A stretch of 64,000 nt of DNA from Ophelia neglecta. Its lineage: Eukaryota. The stretch's first letter is position 1; each line of letters opens with the position of its first letter. The notes below the pieces were generated by a model, which had not been told where the DNA came from, did not search any database, and saw only the letters and a list, made by a program, of their open reading frames with translations. The stretch lies in NCBI GenBank assembly GCA_965285935.1, contig OZ260662.1, positions 70,990,001-71,054,000 of the forward strand, read 5' to 3'. The position numbers and the translations under genes are program-made. Shown in pieces: positions 57,001 through 64,000 of this stretch.

Positions 57001-60000
57001 TTTTGGCTTATGAACGATATCATACTATATGATAAAGGAAACTTTTAGGTTGTATCTTACCTCATTGTCTATGACTGCTTTCTCCTCAAAGCCAATAAAT
57101 TCAAACTCCAGTTTTGCACTTTCAACATTGGCCGCTTCAAATGACAGGGACACAATTTTAGAAATGCTGTCGGTGACTTCAAAACGTATCCACACTTGTT
57201 CATCATTTGCGTCTTCACTGGTAGGAGACCAGACGTCTTCTGACCCAGTCAGTAAATTAACTGCATCTGGTGAGTTGGACGAAGCCGTAACTTCCATTTC
57301 GTTTGCGGATGTTGAAAATAGTACGTCGTGACATATTCCAGTGGTTGTTGTTTCAGCGGTTGTAGGGGTAGCGGTAAGGGTGGAGGTAAGCGGTGTCGAT
57401 GGTGTACTGGTACTCATAGTAGTAGGTCCAACTACAACACAAAACATGTAAAATGCATATACATTTTATTGAGTAGCCTCGCGATGAAACGCCGGCCTTA
57501 TTCATGTTATAACAAAATGATTTATACACAATGCTTCATCGCGGTAACAGGATACAAATGGCTCTCATGAAAATGCAGTTCGAACTGGTTCTATCTGTCT
57601 GTGAGAATCTGTCTCCAGAATGAAAATAGTTTAAGCTAGATTGTGGCATGGTTGCCCAGTATGCTCGCGCCAAATCTCATACCTCTATGTATGCATGCAT
57701 CCAATACAAGATCACGGACGAGTACGTTTTGTTCTCCATCAACGATTTCAGTAATTTCTATTTGAACGCTAGCGACATCTTGGATACCATCGCCAGGCAT
57801 CTCGGTATCTACCAGCATCCAGCTGGTTGGCTCCTCGAAGGAGAGCTGTAATTGTTCATTTTCATGGTTAAATTAATTCATTTAAAATAGTAATGGGCGA
57901 GATATGTGGGAAGGTAAGAAAGCGTTTTGGGGTCAAACGCGTAAATTGATACGCAAATTTATACTTGTATGCACATAATTTGTAGGTTCCACACTCTCAA
58001 CGCTTTAAATATTACCCTCAAATAAAAATGAATCGCACACCAAAGCAAGAAAATACGAGAATAGATATATGTATATGATAATCTAGTTATATCTAGTCAT
58101 ATATTTATATATAACGCATACACAGATCTAAGCAGGCAGGAGTAGAATGGCAGTGGGTTGCGACTAGAAGGTAATCAGAAACTCACTTGTTTGGAAGCCA
58201 GCTGTTGGCCATTTTCACCGAAGATAGTTATATCAATTGTGTCTGCATTTTGGATAAAAAACTGGAGGTCAACCAGTGTAAAAGGATTGAGGTCGTCATC
58301 TTTCCTGATGACTATAGTGGGAGCTCCGTCGACAGGAATGTCCAGCGTCAGAGTGCTGCCAGAGTTGGCTAGAGCATCTTCTGGGCCGTCCTGACCAGGA
58401 CCGATAGGATTGGCACTGATTGTGAAACCGCCCGATCCATATTCGTAGTTGATTCTGTCCTCGTTCGCATAACAGATCTTCGCTGTTTTGGAGAAGAAAA
58501 AAGTATTTTAAGTTAGGTTTTAATCTACCCGTAGAATATGACGTTCTGATGGCACGGCCCATTACATGAATCTCATAAAGAATGTTGTAACAAGGACGAC
58601 AGCCATTGTTAATTTGAGTAAAACCTGCATTACAGTAAATGCTAACAATTAGGTCGGCTATTAGACGGATCATGCGGCGTCTGGCTGATGGGAAAGGAGG
58701 CTGCCAGCGGCTGGAATCTCCTCTCTCACCAGCCATTGGGCGCTGGTGTATGGGTGGCGCTGCAGGGGTGTGAGAGAGGGATAATATCGGCTTTTGGAAC
58801 GGATGTCGGTTAGGGAAAAAAGGAAGAGCACTTCAATGCCCAGGCCTCTGCGGGGTGGGGCATAGACTTCCAAGGTGGGGGCACTTTCGGAGTCAGGACA
58901 AACAGACTTCTTCGGGATGTGGGTGGGGCGGTGTTACCATTGTAAGAATAGCAATTATCAAAAACATGGTATTGTGGTATTATACATGTTAAGTGTCAAT
59001 TAATAAAATAAATAGCACATGGTTTGTTCAATATCACGGATTGTCATCTACCTGGTGTCTGAAGGCGGATGGTATTATCACCTGAGACGCAGGCCAGGGC
59101 AATAAAATATATTCAAGGAGCCATTTACAAGTAATTTGAAGTTATGTGATATTAAACAAACCATTATTTGTATAATATCTACCTTCAGAGGTGGTTGGCA
59201 GTGTCGACAGTGTTGTATACGCTAATGTCGGCCCAGTGCCTGCAGTAAATATACAGTACATAGAATTTAATACTTGATAAATGCTAATGGAAATTTGTTG
59301 CCAAGTATAATAGTTTTAATGTGAAGTATACGGTGGTAAATAATCTAAGTAAACATTAAAAAACTTGCTTGAGGAGATGATTTCCGTTACGGTTGTTGTA
59401 TACGCTAATGTCGGCCCAGTGCCTGCAGTAAATATACAGTACATAGAATTTAATACTTGATAAATGCTAATGGAAATTTGTTGCCAAGTATAACAGTTTT
59501 AATGTTAAGTATACGGTGGTAAATAATCTAAGTAAACAGTAAAAAACTTGCTTGAGGAGATGATTTCCGTTACGGTAGAAGTGGATGTCGGTATTGTTGT
59601 TGTTCCTCTTGTGGTAGTTGCTTTATGGTTAGAATGAAAACAATTAGAATTGTGCTGTTTAATTTGGCATTTAATTGACTTGCCATAAGATATCTGTTAC
59701 TATATTCATATCCATATTTATCCAATATCCACTTTAACATAATAGATATAAATTTATATATAACAGTATATAGTGGTATAGCCTGTATATAGAAATCCTG
59801 TAGACAATTGTCCACTTACGCAGATATATGCATGCTTTCAGGGCCACACCCCTAAGGCCTATGTTTATTGAGGATGATGTTTGCTCGAAGGAGATTTGAA
59901 GATCTCCACTCACAACCCCCTCCCGTCCAAGGTCGATACTCATAAAGTTGAAGTCATTTGGGTTCTCTGGTATCATATCAAATGTCTGAAAATATATAAT

Positions 60001-62997
60001 TAGTTTTGTTTAAAACACAGAGAAAAGACTGTCCAAGCAGAATACGGTTTTTTCCACGCCACCTTCATACGTGTTTAACTATTGATTGCTTCAAATAACT
60101 GGAAAATTATTAAGACACACCTTTGAGCGAGTGAACAATCAGTTTCGATATCTATGTAGGATATTTTACCTCGAGTATAGATTTGTATATTAAAGTGATT
60201 TAGATCTACAATGTTAATCCAAATGTCAATTTTACTGGGGATATATTGGTGTATGAGATGTCTGGGATTCAAAGCCACGTTATGAAAAGACAGACACCCA
60301 CATACAAACATGAATATTTATTATAGTAAAAAAAAGTCAAGATATTTCGGCACCTACCCCATTAGGCAGTGGCGTCACACCATTTGGCTCAAGGAATGTG
60401 AGGATGACTTTGTCCGCTCCTCGCACCCACAGATGAACGTAGAATACAGAGGTCTCTTCTGAATCCAGATGAAGGGTGACAGTTTCGTCTGCATCAAACC
60501 AACCACTCTCACCAGACTCTTGCATGATATCGAGGCCAACGTCTGTTGGCTCAATGCTAAGATATTCCGAATTCACGTCCACGAGCTCTTCTTCGCATAT
60601 CTCTGTCGAGAGACGTATTATTGTTTTTTATTTTTCCAATTAAATCTAGTATAGGAAGGTGGGACAGCCGTCCCCCTCCCTCTATTCATGCTGGTAAATT
60701 GTCCTATATTAGTTCTATTTATTTCAATGATTGTTTTAAAACTCTGTAGTATTTATTAAAACAATTTCTTCCATGCCCTAATTTTCCCAAAACATATATT
60801 TAAAACATATCTCATTGTTATCATTCATCATATTTTTATGAATTAAAATTTGTGATCAAAGAAAGAGGATATGACGTGGACTTACTGCATCCATATTCAT
60901 CGGACCCATCCCCACAATCGTCATGGCCGTCACATTGGACTTCTGGGGGCATGCAGCCGCCATTGTTACAACGGAAGTAGTCGGTAGCCTCACATTCTGC
61001 AAAAAAAGGCATGCACTCATTACCATCAAATGAAGTGAATCAGTATAGATAAAACGTTACATTTAAAAGTCCATAATAAATAAAGAACCAAACAAATTTA
61101 TCTATGACCCGAATGCAAGGAACGCTAGAAATATTAGATAAAGGCATTGCACACATGTCTGCCTAGGTTTCAACACCTTACCAAGCACAAATTTAATTAA
61201 ACAATCTAATTAAATTGCCATTTTGGTGTATACACATTCTACCATATTGTTACTTTTGTTACAATCGATGGAAATATATTTGATAAGAAGAATTTACATT
61301 AAATGAGAAAATATATAAATGAATGTGATGACGATTAAGCTGGCCCACTCTGTATGACCATGCTCCAATGCCGCCCCCAGTACTGGCAATGGCCAATCTT
61401 AATACATTATATGTCAGTTTATATCATCGTGGTCAATGATACCAGATAATATTAATTTTGTGCGGCTAACTATCCAAATTCCGGTGGCGATATTCACTGA
61501 TCTACTATAAAAATCGGCATGCTAATACACCTATAATCACCCAAATTACTATGATTTGATCTCAAAAGTCGACTTTGACCCAGTGACTTCCAACTTACCA
61601 GTGCAATTGACTTCATCTGATGTATCATCTAAGCCACAATCATAGCTACCGTCGCAGCGGAAATCTCTATGGATACAATTTCCAGTATCACAGGTGAAGA
61701 AAGCTCGGTCACAGATTGGTGCTCCTGCATAATCAGATAGATCATATGAAGCCTATTGGTTCATTACAACATTCAACAAATCTCTTGAGAGTTAAAAGTG
61801 TATACAAAAGAAGAATTCTCTACAACACGTGTAAAATAAGTTTATTCAAGCTGCATATTTCTATCATTTTCGAACCACGTCTTACCACATCCGAACTCAT
61901 CACTGCCGTCGGCACAGTCGGGAGTTCCATCGCACTGGAAGTTCATGGATACACATTGTCCTCCGGACTGACACGAGAATTCGCCAGCTTGACAGATAAA
62001 TGCTGAAAAAAGTACCCAACTCTTGTTTACGTTTAGAAGGTGGATGTCTTATGGTGATTTATGGGCAACGATTTTAAATAAAGGGGTAAATTACTATGCT
62101 GAAACTTGTTAAAACATTGCGTATTGATTTTGATGTTGAAACGTACTGCAATTAAACTCATCAGATCCGTCTTGACAATCAGCGAGATGATCACACTTGA
62201 AGTTGGGAGGTAGACAGCGATCCTCGGCCTCGCAGCAGAAATCGTCCTCATCGCAGTCAGCACACTTCTGGCACCGCTCCCCGATACAATCAAATCGGCC
62301 AGCTTCGCAGGTGCTGCAATACACAACAATACATATTAACTTGAAGGGGCCTATGAACTTATATTGGATTCCGACTAGACCAGCCCTAAAGGCCTACATG
62401 TATATGCTTTTTCAAGTTTGACAGCTTCAAATACAAACGTGAATATAAATACAAACGTATTATCATATTGGTTTGCAATTTGAATATATATTTTTTTTAT
62501 TCTCCCTATGAAGGTGAGAATTCATGGGCATGTCAGCTTACCAATTTTGGCATTCTATGACAGCTTCTGTGCCTGGCGGGTAGTATTCACCGGCATGTTC
62601 ACAGCTGCAGTTCAGCGAGGGTATACACATATCGTCTGTTTCAAGTAAAAAAAGACATTTAGTAAGTAAAATACGAACAGCATAGGCCGGACCGCAACTA
62701 GCTATACATTAATCTTGTAAATAACAAGATGTTAAAACTGTTAACGTTTTATTTCCTCTGATATTTTTGAAATGACTCCACCCCTTTATATTTGGTCAGC
62801 TTACTAACTATGATATTGATCACAGAAAATGATGAAGAGTTGTTTACCTTGCGATACTGTGCCTTCAGGACAGAAGCAGCCTTCCAGACAATGGGCTTCC
62901 TGACAGTACGGCTCAGGGTCATCACCGATATTCTGGCAGGTTTGCTCGCATGGCGGTCCACATGCCCTGTACTCCTTGCCACCCTCACACATCATGG
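1..62997 (-). CDS. Partial giant multi-exon gene: secreted SCO-spondin/hemolectin/mucin-like protein (TIL-TILa/VWC-4xLDLa, then ~39 discoidin-like domains with Thr-rich linkers); open at both ends
   Basis: Consecutive exons have AG acceptors, GT (two probable GC) donors and matching phases, and give one continuous frame from 62997 to 1. TIL and LDLa cysteine patterns are recognisable. Confidence 0.88.
161..465 (-). CDS. Representative A-module first exon
   Basis: accag|..|gtaag, 305 nt, phase 1-0; [26 protein letters not shown]...[13 protein letters not shown]. Confidence 0.9.
612..674 (-). CDS. Representative A linker exon
   Basis: ttcag|..|gtaat, 63 nt, phase 1-1; [21 protein letters not shown]. 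Confidence 0.85.
1163..1295 (-). CDS. Representative B-module second exon
   Basis: tttag|..|gtagtg, 133 nt, phase 0-1; [44 protein letters not shown]. Confidence 0.88.
1418..1722 (-). CDS. Representative B-module first exon
   Basis: ggcag|..|gtaag, 305 nt, phase 1-0; [26 protein letters not shown]...[13 protein letters not shown]. Confidence 0.9.
1863..1925 (-). CDS. Representative B linker exon
   Basis: cttag|..|gtaac, 63 nt, phase 1-1; [21 protein letters not shown]. Confidence 0.85.
2302..2434 (-). CDS. Representative A-module second exon (repeats every 2395 bp)
   Basis: tgtag|..|gtagtg, 133 nt, phase 0-1; [44 protein letters not shown]. Confidence 0.88.
26195..33900 (-). repeat. 1704-bp sub-array: 5 B-type domain modules with truncated A-type pseudo-exons; 3407-bp higher-order period
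   Basis: 305-nt exons start at 26563, 28267, 29971, 31674, 33378. 133-nt exons start at 26308, 28011, 29716, 31418, 33123. Linker exons start at 27008, 27459, 28712, 29164, 30416, 30867, 32119, 32571, 33824. Confidence 0.9.
33900..48193 (-). repeat. C-type sub-array: 8 domain modules, spacing ~1515 bp + n x ~441 bp
   Basis: 305-nt exons start at 34888, 36403, 38801, 40756, 42712, 44226, 46185, 47701. 133-nt exons start at 34634, 36149, 38547, 40502, 42458, 43972, 45931, 47447. There are 21 63-nt linker exons between 34368 and 48193 and 13 intronic relics of a lost A-type exon. Confidence 0.9.
48418..48474 (-). CDS. Thr-rich linker exon
   Basis: cttag|..|gtaag, 57 nt, phase 1-1; [19 protein letters not shown]. 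Confidence 0.7.
48860..49357 (-). pseudogene. Decayed copy of the repeat domain (pseudo-exons 49104-49357 and 48860-48981)
   Basis: The first exon relic has in-frame deletions and TCA>TAA after ILPEG. The second exon relic is frameshifted but retains ...FTACSHP. Confidence 0.8.
49483..49542 (-). CDS. Thr-rich linker exon at the 5' edge of the array
   Basis: cttag|..|gtaag, 60 nt, phase 1-1; [20 protein letters not shown]. Confidence 0.72.
50977..51081 (-). CDS. Linker exon with VLDLTR motif
   Basis: tacag|..|gttgt, 105 nt, phase 1-1; [35 protein letters not shown]. Confidence 0.62.
51915..52007 (-). CDS. Linker exon with VLDLTR motif
   Basis: aacag|..|gttgt, 93 nt, phase 1-1; [31 protein letters not shown]. 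Confidence 0.6.
52137..52163. repeat. Short (TA)n microsatellite
   Basis: tatatacatgtatatatatatatatat. Confidence 0.7.
53918..54010 (-). CDS. Thr/Ser/Pro linker exon
   Basis: tatag|..|gtatt, 93 nt, phase 1-1; [31 protein letters not shown]. Confidence 0.78.
54186..54327 (-). CDS. Exon, domain U4, second half
   Basis: accag|..|gtaag, 142 nt, phase 0-1; [12 protein letters not shown]...[10 protein letters not shown]. Confidence 0.8.
54412..54588. mobile_element. 177-bp MITE, Tc1/mariner superfamily (pogo/Tigger-like ends)
   Basis: Perfect 13-bp TIR CAGTGAAACCTGT / ACAGGTTTCACTG, flanked by TA at 54410-54411 and 54589-54590; internal (C/G)ACCTG repeats. Confidence 0.85.
54753..55075 (-). CDS. 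Exon, short linker + discoidin-like domain U4, first half
   Basis: tttag|..|gtaggt, 323 nt, phase 1-0; [11 protein letters not shown]...[18 protein letters not shown]... Confidence 0.8.
55319..55490 (-). CDS. Exon, domain U3, second half
   Basis: ttcag|..|gtaag, 172 nt, phase 0-1; [14 protein letters not shown]...[13 protein letters not shown]. Confidence 0.8.
55770..56090 (-). mobile_element. Degenerate non-LTR retrotransposon (CR1/L2-like) 3' ORF2 fragment in intron
   Basis: Translation [43 protein letters not shown], then stop-interrupted [17 protein letters not shown]; recognised from memory as the post-RT region of CR1/L2-clade LINEs; boundaries approximate. Confidence 0.72.
57061..57431 (-). 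CDS. Exon, PTS linker + discoidin/F5-8C-like domain U3, first half
   Basis: tgtag|..|gtaag, 371 nt, phase 1-0; Thr-rich run, then C...EVTASS...VWSP...EQVWIRFEV, which resembles F5/8C motifs. Confidence 0.85.
57683..57845 (-). CDS. Exon, domain U2, second half
   Basis: tacag|..|gtatg, 163 nt, phase 0-1; LSFEEPTSW...[12 protein letters not shown]. Confidence 0.82.
58187..58482 (-). CDS. Exon, divergent discoidin-like domain U2, first half
   Basis: aacag|..|gtgag, 296 nt, phase 1-0; [26 protein letters not shown]...[22 protein letters not shown]. Confidence 0.82.
59183..59239 (-). CDS. Thr-rich linker exon
   Basis: tgcag|..|gtaga, 57 nt, phase 1-1; [19 protein letters not shown]. Confidence 0.7.
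59211..59576. repeat. Two-copy 183-bp tandem duplication
   Basis: 59211-59393 and 59394-59576 are near-identical. Confidence 0.92.
59369..59422 (-). CDS. Chimeric Thr-rich linker exon created by a 183-bp duplication (probable GC donor)
   Basis: tgcag|..|gcaagt, 54 nt, phase 1-1; [18 protein letters not shown]. Confidence 0.55.
59552..59620 (-). CDS. Thr-rich linker exon (probable GC donor)
   Basis: taaag|..|gcaagt, 69 nt, phase 1-1; [22 protein letters not shown]. Confidence 0.62.
59820..59985 (-). CDS. Exon, domain U1, second half
   Basis: ttcag|..|gtaag, 166 nt, phase 0-1; TFDMIPENP...[13 protein letters not shown]. Confidence 0.82.
60358..60602 (-). CDS. Exon, divergent discoidin-like domain U1, first half
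   Basis: gacag|..|gtaggt, 245 nt, phase 1-0; [14 protein letters not shown]...[13 protein letters not shown]...TPLPNG. Confidence 0.8.
60886..60996 (-). CDS. Exon, LDLa repeat 4
   Basis: tgcag|..|gtaag, 111 nt, phase 1-1; [37 protein letters not shown]. Confidence 0.93.
61599..61724 (-). CDS. Exon, LDLa repeat 3
   Basis: tgcag|..|gtaag, 126 nt, phase 1-1; [41 protein letters not shown]. Confidence 0.93.
61886..62002 (-). CDS. Exon, LDLa repeat 2
   Basis: ttcag|..|gtaag, 117 nt, phase 1-1; [38 protein letters not shown]. Confidence 0.93.
62147..62313 (-). CDS. Exon, end of TILa/VWC-like module + LDLa repeat 1
   Basis: tgcag|..|gtacg, 167 nt, phase 2-1; [15 protein letters not shown]...[23 protein letters not shown]. 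Confidence 0.92.
62542..62635 (-). CDS. Exon, end of TIL and start of TILa/VWC-like module
   Basis: aacag|..|gtaagc, 94 nt, phase 1-2; [32 protein letters not shown]. Confidence 0.9.
62848..62997 (-). CDS. Exon, TIL (trypsin inhibitor-like Cys-rich) domain
   Basis: cgcag|..|gtaaac, 150 nt, phase 1-1; [49 protein letters not shown]. Confidence 0.93.
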
Positions 62998-64000
62998 CTG
63001 CGAGTAGTACGTGTATCAATAAACATTGAGATGAGTACTTTCGACTCCTTTGTTTTAAAATGCAATATATTTTAAATGTAGTATGTGTGAAAGGGCTAAT
63101 CAGATAACGATCCCTCAACTGATCCAACCTAAAACTTCCTTGACAAGAAACTACCTTGTGTGAAGCTGTCTTCTTAGATCGATATAACCTACCTCAAACT
63201 AAATCTAAAGGCTCTACGACCGACCCAAGTTGATTACATCGAATGTAAATCAAACATGGATGTGCTTGGATTTAAGTTTTATATTTTGGGAATATGCTGT
63301 CAACACACCTGCTCTCGATAGATCAAGGCGGCTAACAATTGACAGTTCTCAATATTATATTTTCTGCTTATTTCCAAAAGTTAAACTTTTTTTTTTAAAT
63401 GTGCGCCTCCTAACGAGAAAAAATGCCCTGTATTTATATGAACTATCGTATTTAATGCCGTGGCAATCATGAGTAACTATTTAGATAAAAAAAGAATCCT
63501 TTCGGGTTACATTCTAAATATCCGTCGTAGATTCACTTCGGGTCATTCAATTTAAATATGTTTAGATTGAAGGAGTGTTGGCAATCTTACCAGATTGCTT
63601 TAAACCATGACACAGCTGGACATGGACAATGAAAGGCTCAACCTGTCTAAATGTGGTCACTTTAAAAACAAACCATTCACAGGCCTTTTTTAAATTAGAC
63701 AACCAATGACCTTCGATGCCTATACCGAATGACTTCCAAATAATTGATTTATAGACAAGGTGTAGTTGACATGGCTTCATTGACAGAGAAGCCTGGAGTG
63801 TGACTGGGACATTAAACAGAACACAGTCACTATAGACACGTGTTTCGATTGAAAGCGACAATGCTTGATAGTGTTTGGATTGAAGGCGACAATGATTGAT
63901 AGTTCTCTAATTGGATTTGTTTGATAGACAAGTCCGTAGAATTACAGAATAGGTATACAAAAGTATCATTAAGTATAGAAAAATGGTAACACGCATGGTG

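Noticed and set aside
1-62997. Assigning the gene symbol SSPO or a MUC name
   Set aside because: Only part of the architecture is visible (no VWD, TSP1 or cystine knot in the window), so orthology cannot be established.
63591-63642. Possible 52-nt upstream exon (acag|GTTGAG...CTG|gtaag)
   Set aside because: The phase would fit, but the peptide VEPFIVHVQLCHGLKQS does not resemble the C8 domain end expected before TIL. Unsupported without RNA.
63847-63904. Two-copy ~31-bp direct repeat
   Set aside because: Too small and isolated to interpret.

Overview
AT-rich animal genomic DNA, probably a marine invertebrate (inferred; the taxon cannot be fixed from sequence). The window holds the internal part of one very large, intron-containing gene on the minus strand, with neither start nor stop inside the window. 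Transcription runs from about 63.0 kb down to position 1. The exons I could splice in frame encode, in order: TIL + TILa/VWC-like, four LDL-receptor class A repeats, four divergent two-exon Cys-bracketed beta-type domains (discoidin/F5-8 type C-like) separated by Thr/Ser/Pro linkers, two small 'VLDLTR' linker exons, one decayed module, and then a ~48 kb tandem exon-intron array. The array has 35 intact copies of a 146-aa acidic discoidin-like domain carrying a DxDxDG-type loop (exons of 305 + 133 nt), separated by 63-nt Thr-rich linker exons. It falls into sub-arrays: a 2395-bp A/B dimer (1-26 kb), 1704-bp units (27-34 kb), and 1.5-2.4 kb C units with a nested 441-bp repeat (34-48 kb). These show independent module deletions, pseudo-exons at different stages of decay, and homogenised introns. 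Roughly 7,200 aa are encoded in the window if all intact exons are used, giving a SCO-spondin/hemolectin/mucin-superfamily-like secreted giant protein. Introns also contain a TA-flanked MITE and a LINE fragment. Most short ORFs in the supplied track are exon cores read into introns or antisense shadows. All exon coordinates were derived by hand and need RNA confirmation.
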